A DNA stretch of 64,000 nt from an uncultured delta proteobacterium. GTDB taxonomy: Bacteria > Myxococcota_A > Polyangia > Fen-1088. The number at the start of each line of letters is the position of its first letter. Position 1 is the first letter of the stretch. The stretch is from positions 224,001 to 288,000 of the forward strand of contig CAVWIP010000001.1 of the NCBI GenBank assembly GCA_963755125.1. The letters are read 5' to 3'. Position numbers and translations under genes: made by a program. This document shows positions 9,010 through 17,586 of this stretch, in pieces. The notes beneath the pieces were generated by a model, which was not told where the DNA came from, ran no database searches, and saw only the letters and a list, made by a program, of their open reading frames with translations.

Positions 9010-11415
9010 ATGAAGATCTCGTTGAACTGGCTGCGGGAACTGGTCGAGCTACCGGCGGGCGCCGATATCGAGGCCGTGACCTGGGCGCTGACCGACCAAG
9101 GGCTGGAGGTCGAAGGCAGCGAGGCAAAGGGCCGCGAGTTGACGGGCGTGCTGGTGGCCGAGGTGCTGGACATCAAGCCGCACCCGAACGCCAACAAGCT
9201 GCGCATCGTGCGCGTGCGCGCGGGCCAGCGCGAGGAGAGCGTGGTGTGCGGAGCACCCAACGTGCCCCCGCCCGGCAATCGCGTGTGCTGGGCCCCGCCC
9301 GGCGCGCGGCTGCCCGGCGGGCACACCCTGGATGCCCGCGAGATTCGCGGTGTGTTCTCGCCCGGCATGATCTGCAGCGAGATCGAGATGGGCCTCTCCG
9401 AACAGGCCGACGGGATCTTGATTCTGCCGCCGACTGCCGAGTCCGGCGTCGATGTGGCCCAGTATCTGGGCGTGGTGGACGACGTGCTGGAGGTGAACGT
9501 CACGCCCAACCGTCCCGATGCCTTGTCTCACCTCGGGATCGCGCGCGAGCTGGCCGCGCACTTCGGCACCCGCCTGCGCCCCATCGATCCTCCCGCGGGT
9601 TCCGAACAGGCCGGCGGGATCACCACGGACGTGCGCATCGACGACCCGGTGGCCTGTCCGCGCTACACGGCCAGCTTCGTCGCCGGTGTCACGGTTGCGC
9701 CTAGTCCCGTGACGATGCGCCTGCGCCTGCAGTACTGCGGGATTCGCGCCATCTCGAATCTGGTCGACGTGACCAACTACGTGCTGCTCGAGACCGGGCA
9801 TCCCTTGCACGCCTTCGATTTCGACAAGCTGGTCGGGCCCATCGTGGTGCGGCGGGCGAGGCCTGGTGAAACCATGACAACGCTCGACGGCCTCGGCCGG
9901 ACCCTGCTGGCGGAAGACATCGTGATCACCGATGGCAGCGGGCCGGTGGCGCTGGCCGGTGTCATGGGTGGAAATAGCAGCGAGATCTCCGCGTCCACCC
10001 GAAATGTTCTGCTCGAGGCAGCGACCTTCGAGCCGCGCAGCATTCGCCGCACCAGCCGCCGTCTGGGGCTGATCTCGGAGGCGTCCTATCGCTTCGAGCG
10101 CGGCGTGGACGCGAACAGCATTCCCTTGGCTGCGCGCAGGGCCGCGGCTCTTTTGGGCAAGCTGGGCGGTGGCCATGTGGTGGCGGGCATGGTGGATCGC
10201 TACCCGCGGCCGGCGCTGCCTGCCAAGGTGAAACTGCGCACCAGCCACCTGCGGCGAGTGACCGGGGTGGACTATTCCACGAACTTCGCGCAGGACCAGC
10301 TTGCTCGACTCGGCATCGCGTGCGAGAAGACGGACGATGGCCTCGTCGCCACGGTGCCCACTTTCCGCCCCGACCTCACCATCGAGGAGGATCTCATCGA
10401 GGAGATCCTACGCATGGGCGAGTATGGCAAGCCCGCGCACAAGCAGCGCATCCGCAGCAACGCCACCTCGCTTGCGAATCCCGAGGCGCCCGCGGATCAC
10501 GCACGCGCGTTGCTGGCGAGCGCCGGCCTGCACGAGATCGTGAGCTGGGCCTTCGTTCCGCGAAGCGCTCTGGCGACGGTGAGCGCCGACGGCGCGCACC
10601 AGGAGCTGGCCGACGGCATCGCGGTGCAGAACCCCATCTCGGCAGACTACGAGGTCATGCGCACCACCTTGCTGCCGGGGCTGGCCGATGCCCTCAAACG
10701 CAATCTCGCGCGCGGGGTCAGTGACGCCTGGTTGTTCGAGGTGGGTCGCGTGGTGCGGCGGTCGGCCCAGGCAAGCGAGGCGCCGATCGAGAAGACTCAC
10801 GCCGCAGGGCTGATCGCCGGCCGACGGGCCGAATGGCTCAAGCCCGGCGAGCCGGTCGACTTCTACGATCTCAAGCGCATCGTCGAGGACCTGTTGCGCG
10901 GTTTCGGCCTGCAGGACGCGCGGTACTGTGCCCAGGCCGGCGTGCCCTTTCTGCACCCGGGTGTCTCGGCCCTGGTCACGAGTCCCGCCGGTGCCGAACT
11001 TGGCACCCTGGGCGAACTGCACCCGGCGATCGCGCGGCGCCTAGGCATCGAGCCGCACGCCTTCTATTTCGAGTTGGCCATCGCGCCCCTCGCCGCGGCC
11101 ACGGCACCGCTGCGCGCCGAGGCGCCCCCGCGGTTCCCCGCCGTGACCCGTGATGTGTCGTTCTGGAGCGACGTCGATCTCTCTGCGAATGCCCAGCGCG
11201 CGGGATTCCTGTCGGCGGATGAGCCGCTCTTGCGCGAGCTGGCTGTGCTGGAGGATTTCCGCGACCCCAAGTACGTCCCGGCCGGCAAGAAGGGGATGCT
11301 GTGGACGATGACCTACCGGGCTGCCGATCGCACCTTGACCGACGCCGAGGCCGACGCCGCACATGCCCGGGTTGTCAAGGCGCTGACTGCTCTTCACGCC
11401 ATCGACATCAGATAG
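9010..11415 (+). CDS. pheT: Phenylalanine--tRNA ligase beta subunit
   Basis: MKISLNWL, HPNANKL, VCGAPN, TPNRPD, RFERGVD, DRTLTD. Confidence 0.97.
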   Translation: MKISLNWLRELVELPAGADIEAVTWALTDQGLEVEGSEAKGRELTGVLVAEVLDIKPHPNANKLRIVRVRAGQREESVVCGAPNVPPPGNRVCWAPPGARLPGGHTLDAREIRGVFSPGMICSEIEMGLSEQADGILILPPTAESGVDVAQYLGVVDDVLEVNVTPNRPDALSHLGIARELAAHFGTRLRPIDPPAGSEQAGGITTDVRIDDPVACPRYTASFVAGVTVAPSPVTMRLRLQYCGIRAISNLVDVTNYVLLETGHPLHAFDFDKLVGPIVVRRARPGETMTTLDGLGRTLLAEDIVITDGSGPVALAGVMGGNSSEISASTRNVLLEAATFEPRSIRRTSRRLGLISEASYRFERGVDANSIPLAARRAAALLGKLGGGHVVAGMVDRYPRPALPAKVKLRTSHLRRVTGVDYSTNFAQDQLARLGIACEKTDDGLVATVPTFRPDLTIEEDLIEEILRMGEYGKPAHKQRIRSNATSLANPEAPADHARALLASAGLHEIVSWAFVPRSALATVSADGAHQELADGIAVQNPISADYEVMRTTLLPGLADALKRNLARGVSDAWLFEVGRVVRRSAQASEAPIEKTHAAGLIAGRRAEWLKPGEPVDFYDLKRIVEDLLRGFGLQDARYCAQAGVPFLHPGVSALVTSPAGAELGTLGELHPAIARRLGIEPHAFYFELAIAPLAAATAPLRAEAPPRFPAVTRDVSFWSDVDLSANAQRAGFLSADEPLLRELAVLEDFRDPKYVPAGKKGMLWTMTYRAADRTLTDAEADAAHARVVKALTALHAIDIR

Positions 11416-11425
11416 GTCTAGGCAA

Positions 11426-11464
11426 CCCTTTGACATCAAAGGGATTTGTGGACAACATAGGCGT
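11426..11464 (+). promoter_or_regulatory. Candidate ihfA promoter (TTGACA-17 nt-CAACAT) overlapped by the palindrome CCCTTTGA-CA-TCAAAGGG
   Basis: Read directly: -35 at 11430-11435, -10 at 11453-11458, ATG 6 nt later. Confidence 0.5.
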
Positions 11465-11743
11465 ATGACCAAGGCCGACATAGTTGAAACGGTCTACGAG
11501 AAGGTCGGCGGATTCTCGAAGAAAGAGGCCGCCGAGATCGTGGAGACCGTTTTCGACACCGTCAAAGAGACCTTGGAAAAGGGCGAAAAGATCAAGATCT
11601 CCGGTTTCGGGAACTTCGTGGTCAGGGAGAAGAACGCGCGCGCCGGTCGCAACCCGCAGACCGGTCAAGAGATCACGATCAGCGCCCGTCGCGTGTTGAC
11701 CTTCAAGCCCAGCCAGGTGCTGAAGAGCGCGCTCAACTCCTAG
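11465..11743 (+). CDS. ihfA: Integration host factor alpha subunit
   Basis: MTKADIV..KISGFGNF..GRNPQTG; directly downstream of pheT. Confidence 0.93.
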   Translation: MTKADIVETVYEKVGGFSKKEAAEIVETVFDTVKETLEKGEKIKISGFGNFVVREKNARAGRNPQTGQEITISARRVLTFKPSQVLKSALNS

Positions 11744-11758
11744 ACCAGCAGGAACCCG

Positions 11759-12139
11759 TTGCCCCGGCGTGCCTCCGCTCCCGTCGATCCGAGCACGATC
11801 CCGGACAAGCCCTTCTTCAAGATCGGCGAGGCGGCCCGCCTGTGCGCGGTCAAGCCGTACGTGCTGCGCTACTGGGAAACCGAGTTTCATTCCATCCGGC
11901 CGCAGAAGACGCGCTCGCAGCAGCGGCTGTACCGGCGCAAGGACATTGAGCTGTTGCTCACCATACGCGATCTGCTATACGGGCAGCGCTTTACCATCCA
12001 GGGTGCGCGCGCGCGGCTGCGGGAACTGGGACACGACGAGGGCACGCCGCCGCCGGTGCCGCCGCCGGAAATCGACGTCGAGACCATGAGAAAAATCAAG
12101 CAAGGGCTTCTGGATCTGATACGACTCGTGGAAGAATAG
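11759..12139 (+). CDS. MerR family transcriptional regulator
   Basis: [31 protein letters not shown]; the usual ihfA-merR-tRNA-Pro context. Confidence 0.9.
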   Translation: MPRRASAPVDPSTIPDKPFFKIGEAARLCAVKPYVLRYWETEFHSIRPQKTRSQQRLYRRKDIELLLTIRDLLYGQRFTIQGARARLRELGHDEGTPPPVPPPEIDVETMRKIKQGLLDLIRLVEE

Positions 12140-12149
12140 AAACAAATAT

Positions 12150-12226
<77 letters not shown>

Positions 12227-12232
12227 AATACC

Positions 12233-13024
12233 GTGTCGTCGAAGCCATTCATTCTCCTCAGCAATGACGATGGCGTGATGGCGCCGGGGATCTCTGCGCT
12301 CGCGGAGGCGCTGGTGGATCTGGGTGACGTGATGGTGGCCGCGCCTGACCGCGAGCGAAGCGCGGCCTCGCATTCCATCAGCTTGGATCGCCCGCTGCGC
12401 GTGGATCAGATCCGGTCCAACGTGTACGCCATCGACGGGACACCGGTGGATTGCGTGTATCTCGCGCTTCTGCACCTGGTGCCGCGCAGGCCGGGCCTGT
12501 GCGTGTCGGGGATCAACAACGGGTTCAACCTGGGCTCGGACGTGTTCTATTCGGGCACCGTGGGCGCGGCCCTGGAGGCCGCCGTGCGGGGGATTCCTGC
12601 CATCGCCCTGTCGGTCGAGCGGCGCTGGCCGCAGGACTTCGCGCCGGCGGCGGGCTTTGCACGGGCGTTGGTGCGGCAGGTGCTGGCCCAGGGGCCGGAC
12701 GCCATCGAAGCGGGCACCCTGCTGAACGTGAACCTGCCCGCTGGCCCGGTGCGCGGATATTCCATGACCAGCATGGGAAAGCGGCTGTACCGGGACCAGG
12801 TGGACGTGCGCGAGGATCTGCGCGGCCGGGCCTACTACTGGATCGGTGGGCCCGAGGAGAAGGGCGAGGACGTTCCGGGCTCGGACAGCGCGGCCGTGCG
12901 TTCCGGCCTGGCGTCGATCACACCGCTCAGCCTGGACCTCACCCACCGTCCGGCCTTGCAACGGATGTCCACCTGGAACCTGGGCACGTTCGCAGAAGGC
13001 GCAGCGCTCAACGCCGGGAAATAG
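12233..13024 (+). CDS. surE: 5'/3'-nucleotidase SurE
   Basis: ILLSNDDG, GTPVDCV, SGIN.G.N, YSGTV. Confidence 0.96.
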   Translation: MSSKPFILLSNDDGVMAPGISALAEALVDLGDVMVAAPDRERSAASHSISLDRPLRVDQIRSNVYAIDGTPVDCVYLALLHLVPRRPGLCVSGINNGFNLGSDVFYSGTVGAALEAAVRGIPAIALSVERRWPQDFAPAAGFARALVRQVLAQGPDAIEAGTLLNVNLPAGPVRGYSMTSMGKRLYRDQVDVREDLRGRAYYWIGGPEEKGEDVPGSDSAAVRSGLASITPLSLDLTHRPALQRMSTWNLGTFAEGAALNAGK

Positions 13025-13028
13025 CATC

Positions 13029-13736
13029 GTGAGCGCAGGACGCCGATCCGGCGATACGCCAGGCCCAGCGGGGCCGCCGGATCCATTCGTCAGTCTGCGC
13101 GCGACGATGGTGGCGGAGCAACTCGTCCGTCGCGGCATCACCGACGCGCGCGTGCTCGATGCCATGAGTCGGGCCGCGCGCCATCTCTTCGTTGACCGGG
13201 AGCAGGTGGATCTTGCCTACGACGATCGACCCTTGCCCATCGGGTTCGGTCAGACGATTTCGCAGCCGTACATGGTGGCGCGCGCCACCGAGCTGGCAGT
13301 GCCGGACGCGGGCGACGTCGCTCTCGAGATCGGGGTGGGCTCAGGCTATCAGACGGCTGTGCTGGCGCTGCTGTGCGCGCAGGTTTTTGCCGTGGATGTA
13401 GTTTCCGAGCTGGTGGACAAGGCGCGGGCGCACCTGGCCGGTGCGGGCTGCCAGAACGTCACCCTGGCCGCGTTCGACGGGAGTTGCGGCTGGCCCGAGC
13501 ACGCGCCCTACGACATCATCATCGTCTCGGCCGCGACTCCACAGATTCCCGCGCTGCTGCTCGATGAATTGCGCGACGGCGGCCGTCTGGTGGCACCAGT
13601 GGGCGGCTTCGATGAACAGATCCTGACCCGCGTGCGGCGCCGGGGCGACGCATTCGAGACCATGCAGGATGTTCCCTGCCGTTACGTGAATTTGATTGGA
13701 CGCTATGGGGTGGGCCGTGACAAGCCGCAGGCGTAG
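13029..13736 (+). CDS. pcm: Protein-L-isoaspartate O-methyltransferase
   Basis: AYDDRPLPIGFGQTISQPYMVA, LEIGVGSGYQ, APYDIIIV; follows surE; start uncertain. Confidence 0.93.
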   Translation: MSAGRRSGDTPGPAGPPDPFVSLRATMVAEQLVRRGITDARVLDAMSRAARHLFVDREQVDLAYDDRPLPIGFGQTISQPYMVARATELAVPDAGDVALEIGVGSGYQTAVLALLCAQVFAVDVVSELVDKARAHLAGAGCQNVTLAAFDGSCGWPEHAPYDIIIVSAATPQIPALLLDELRDGGRLVAPVGGFDEQILTRVRRRGDAFETMQDVPCRYVNLIGRYGVGRDKPQA

Positions 13737-14463
13737 TCGCGGGGTCGCGTGCAGACGATGTGCCCTCTGGGCTGCGTTCGTGCTGCTCGGCCTGGGAGCC
13801 TGCGCCACCACCGCGCGCCCGTTGCACGACGACAACCCGCCGGGAACCTGGCACGTGGTCAAGTCGGGCGAAACTCCGGCCAAGATCGCCAAGGAGGCTG
13901 GGATCCCGCTGGAGGATCTGCTGGAGATCAACGGACTGCGACGGAGCCAGTTGCTCGAGCCCGGTCGGCTGGTGTTCGTGCTGGGCGCCTCGGCCCAGGC
14001 CGGCACCATTCCGCCCGATGCCACGCCTGCGACCACAGCGCTGCCCAACGCGCCCGCCGCGCAGAGCGAGCCGAGCAGCAAGGCGCCCCTACGCTGGCCG
14101 CTGGCCAGGCCCATTCTCACCTCGCCGTTTGGCAAGCGCTGGGGCCGCGACCACGAAGGCATCGACATGAAAGCAACCATCGGGACGCCGGTGCTGGCTG
14201 CGGCCGATGGCGAGGTTCTTTACGCGGGTGACAAGGTGCGAGGCTACGGGAACATGGTCGTGCTCCAGCACGCGGGGGATCTGGTGACCGTATATGCCCA
14301 CAACTCGCTCCTCTTGGTACACGTTGGTGATCACATCACCGCGGGCCAGGAGATCTCGCGCGTGGGCGACACCGGTCACGCCACCGGCCCGCACCTGCAC
14401 TTCGAGGTGCGGCGCAGGCAGGAGCCGCAAGATCCACTGCAATTTCTGCCGCCCCCGAAGTAG
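13717..14463 (+). CDS. LysM plus M23 peptidase lipoprotein (NlpD-like)
   Basis: LGAC lipobox, LysM (HVVKSGET), HEGID, YAH, HLHFEVR; start uncertain. Confidence 0.88.
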   Translation: MTSRRRSRGVACRRCALWAAFVLLGLGACATTARPLHDDNPPGTWHVVKSGETPAKIAKEAGIPLEDLLEINGLRRSQLLEPGRLVFVLGASAQAGTIPPDATPATTALPNAPAAQSEPSSKAPLRWPLARPILTSPFGKRWGRDHEGIDMKATIGTPVLAAADGEVLYAGDKVRGYGNMVVLQHAGDLVTVYAHNSLLLVHVGDHITAGQEISRVGDTGHATGPHLHFEVRRRQEPQDPLQFLPPPK

Positions 14464-14472
14464 AAACAGGCC

Positions 14473-15015
14473 ATGCCAGCCGCACCCGAAAGGTTCACAG
14501 GTGATCTTCGTTCCCTGATTCGCGACGTCCCCGACTTTCCCAAGCAGGGGATCCTCTTCCGCGATGTGACGCCGCTGCTGCAGCACGGTCCTGGCTTTCG
14601 CTGCTGTGTGGAACGTCTGTGTGATGGGATCGCGAAGGCGCGGCCGGCCGTGATCGCCGGCATCGAGTCGCGCGGCTTCATCTTTGGCGCAGCGGCGGCC
14701 GCTGTGCTGGGGATCGGCTTCGTGCCCGTGCGCAAACCGGGCAAGCTGCCCTGGAAAACGCGGCAGCAGCGCTACCAGCTCGAATACGGCAGCGACGGCA
14801 TCGAGATCCACGAGGACGCGGTGGCTGCGGGCACGCGCGTGGCCCTGGTCGATGATCTTCTCGCCACCGGCGGTACAGCGGCCGCGGCCTGTCGTTTGTT
14901 GCAAGACCTGGGTGGGCAGGTCGTCCTGGCGACTTTTGTGATCGAGCTAGCCGGGCTGAACGGCCGGGCGAAACTTGGCAAGGTGCCGGTCGAAGCGCTG
15001 ATCACGTATCCCTGA
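14473..15015 (+). CDS. apt: Adenine phosphoribosyltransferase
   Basis: PDFPKQGILFRD, ESRGF, RKPGKLP, VDDLLATGGT. Confidence 0.96.
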   Translation: MPAAPERFTGDLRSLIRDVPDFPKQGILFRDVTPLLQHGPGFRCCVERLCDGIAKARPAVIAGIESRGFIFGAAAAAVLGIGFVPVRKPGKLPWKTRQQRYQLEYGSDGIEIHEDAVAAGTRVALVDDLLATGGTAAAACRLLQDLGGQVVLATFVIELAGLNGRAKLGKVPVEALITYP

Positions 15016-15018
15016 TCA

Positions 15019-15477
15019 TCAGTGCCCGGCCAGCGCGCCGTCGCGGGTTTCGATGATGAAGGTGACCGGGCCGTCGTTCACCAGTTCCACATCCATGTCA
15101 GCGGCAAACCGTCCGCAAGACACCGGGATGCCGTCGGCGGCGATGCGATCGGCGACCCGCTGGTAAAGAGCCTGCGCCAGTGCCGGATCCTCGGCGCGGT
15201 CGAAACTGGGTCGATTGCCTTTGCGGATCGAGCCGGCCAGCGTGAACTGGCTGACTACCAGGCAAGCCCCGCCCGCGTCCTTGAGGCTGAGATCCATGGG
15301 CGTGCGGCCGGGAAAGATGCGAAGGGCAACCAGCTTGCGCGCCAGCACCTCGGCATCGGCCTCGCGGTCGCCTCGCTCGACGCCGACCAGCAAGAGCACG
15401 CCCTTGGCGATGCGTCCGACAACCTCGGCGGAGACCCGGACTTCGGCACGGGAGACTCTCTGGACAATGGCGATCAT
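15019..15477 (-). CDS. dtd: D-aminoacyl-tRNA deacylase
   Basis: QRV, SQFTL, KGNRPSF, NDGPVT. Confidence 0.96.
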   Translation of the reverse strand: MIAIVQRVSRAEVRVSAEVVGRIAKGVLLLVGVERGDREADAEVLARKLVALRIFPGRTPMDLSLKDAGGACLVVSQFTLAGSIRKGNRPSFDRAEDPALAQALYQRVADRIAADGIPVSCGRFAADMDVELVNDGPVTFIIETRDGALAGH

Positions 15478-15479
15478 GA

Positions 15480-15556
<77 letters not shown>

Positions 15557-15640
15557 GTGGGAGTGATTCTAACCTGTATGGGCGACGGGCCAAGTCCCGA
15601 TCTTCCGAAGATCTGAACTCTTGCAAGGCTGTCCAGTCTT

Positions 15641-15938
15641 CTACCGCTTCGACCAGTACCGTTGCTGTCGCTTCAAGTGCGCCACCGCCACGACCTCGAC
15701 TTCTTTTTCCGAGGTCTCGCGGTAGACGACAGCAAAGGGGAATCTCCCCCATCAGGTATCTGCGCGTCCGGCGGACCAGGCGCCACCGCTTTGGTGCCTC
15801 CAGCACCGTCGCGGTCGCATCACGGACGGCATCGACGAAAGCCGCGCCCAATCCGGGTGAGCGATCCTCGTACCAGCGTGCCGCCTCCAAAATCTCCGCC
15901 TCGGCCAGCGGATTGAAACGTAGCCGCCTACCGGACAC
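15641..15938 (-). pseudogene. RelE/ParE family toxin, frameshifted in a G5 run
   Basis: LAEAEILEAARWYE..GLG.AF N-terminus; removing one G at 15746-15750 restores RFPFAVVYRE..VEVVAVAHLKRQQRYWSKR*. Confidence 0.85.
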
Positions 15939-16149
15939 GGAAGCGATGCTCGAGCCGCGAGAAAACTTCCTCGGCGGGGATGGTTTTCACGTGCCCGGCG
16001 TCTACGTCCTGGACCCGTCGCTGGATCTCCTCTTCCCACTCGTTCCCAAGACTCCCATCGAGGCTGGCCCATAGATCGTTGATGATCTCCTCGCGCTGCT
16101 CGGGCGAAAGCTTCATGGCGGCTTCCACTATCTCTTTGGGCTGCTGCAT
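15928..16149 (-). CDS. Addiction-module antitoxin (putative addiction module component family)
   Basis: AAMKLSPEQREEI..LWASL..EWEEEIQRR..IPAEEV; overlaps the toxin start. Confidence 0.85.
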   Translation of the reverse strand: MQQPKEIVEAAMKLSPEQREEIINDLWASLDGSLGNEWEEEIQRRVQDVDAGHVKTIPAEEVFSRLEHRFRVR

Positions 16150-16440
16150 TGACCTAAATTCCAATCGTACCACGCTCTCACAGGTGGCGCCGTTGGAATG
16201 GCTTTTCAGGAAGATTCCGCTCCGCCGCGCCGGACGCGGCCCATTTCTTCACGAAGGCATCAACAGCCGGCGACATCTCGTGAAGCATCGTACCCGACCT
16301 GACAGCGGGGCGGAAGCGGAAGAGCGGCGGAGTCCAATGGTTAGCGCAGTCGCTTCCTGAGTTCGTAGGTTCGTCCCCTCACTTGACCTCGAAGGTCGCA
16401 TCGGACAACCTCGTCCTCAGATCGAGGAAGAGATTGCACC

Positions 16441-17583
16441 ATGGAAAACTTCATCTATCGCAACCCGACGGAGATCCTGTTCGGCAAGGGCATGATTGCC
16501 GAAATCGCCTCGCGTGTGCCGGCGGATCGGCCGGTGCTGATGGTGTGGGGCGGCGGGTCCATCAAGAAGAACGGCGTGTACGAGCAAGTGAAGGCCGCGC
16601 TGGCCAGGCACAAACTGGTCGAGTTCGGCGGCATCGAGCCCAATCCTTTGCACGAGATGTGCATGAAGGCGCTGGCCGTGGTGAAGGACAAGGGCATCAA
16701 GTTCTTGCTCGCGGTGGGCGGCGGCTCCGTGCTGGACGCCGCCAAGTACGTCGCGGCCGCGGCCGTGTTCCCCGGCGTCGACCCATGGGACATCCTGCGC
16801 ACGAATGGCAGCACCGTGACCGGCGCCTTGCCTGTGGGTGCGGTGCTGACCCTGCCCGCCACCGGATCCGAGTCCAATGGCAACGCGGTCATCTCGCGCA
16901 AGAGCAGCAGCGAGAAGCTGCACTTTGCCTCGGACCACGTCTATCCGGTGTTCTCGGTGATGGATCCCGAGACCACGTTCTCGTTGCCGGCCAAACAGGT
17001 GCGCAACGGCATCGTGGACGCCTTTGTCCACGTGTGCGAGCAGTACATGACTTTGCCCGCGCAATCGCTTTTGCAAGACCGCCTGGCGGAAAGTGTGCTG
17101 CAAACCCTGGTTGATGTCGGGCCACGCACGTTGGAGAGCCCGCGCGACTACGCCAGCCGCGCGGACTTCATGTGGTCGGCCACCATCGCGCTCAACAACT
17201 TGCTTTCCTGCGGCGTGCCCGGCGACTGGGCGACCCACATGATTGGCCATGAACTAACTGCGTTTTACGGCATCGATCACGCCGAATCGCTGGCCGTGGT
17301 CATGCCTGGCGTGTGGACCTACAAGCTGGCCGCCAAGTCGGCCAAGCTCGCTCAGTACGGCCGTCGCATTTGGAATGTTGGCGATGCAAAGGCCGCCGTT
17401 GACAAGACCGAGGCATTCTTCCATTCGCTCAACATGCCCACGCGCCTGAAGGCCTTCGGCATCGATGCCGAGGATGCGGCCCGCAAGGTGGGCGAGCGCT
17501 TTCCCAGTCGCAAGTCGGCCTTCGGCGAGCAGGGCGACATCACCGCGGACGCCGCCGCCAAGATCCTGCGCGCAAGAGCGTGA
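16441..17583 (+). CDS. Iron-containing alcohol/aldehyde reductase (YqhD/Bdh-like)
   Basis: GGGSIK, GIEPNP, AVGGGSVLD, TLPATGSE, DWATHMIGHELTA..HA. Confidence 0.93.
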   Translation: MENFIYRNPTEILFGKGMIAEIASRVPADRPVLMVWGGGSIKKNGVYEQVKAALARHKLVEFGGIEPNPLHEMCMKALAVVKDKGIKFLLAVGGGSVLDAAKYVAAAAVFPGVDPWDILRTNGSTVTGALPVGAVLTLPATGSESNGNAVISRKSSSEKLHFASDHVYPVFSVMDPETTFSLPAKQVRNGIVDAFVHVCEQYMTLPAQSLLQDRLAESVLQTLVDVGPRTLESPRDYASRADFMWSATIALNNLLSCGVPGDWATHMIGHELTAFYGIDHAESLAVVMPGVWTYKLAAKSAKLAQYGRRIWNVGDAKAAVDKTEAFFHSLNMPTRLKAFGIDAEDAARKVGERFPSRKSAFGEQGDITADAAAKILRARA

Positions 17584-17586
17584 AGG

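Noticed and set aside
16384..16420. MerR-type operator (TTGACCTCGAAGGTC) upstream of the aldehyde reductase
   Set aside because: The dyad is short and I could not place a convincing -10 at MerR-type spacing.
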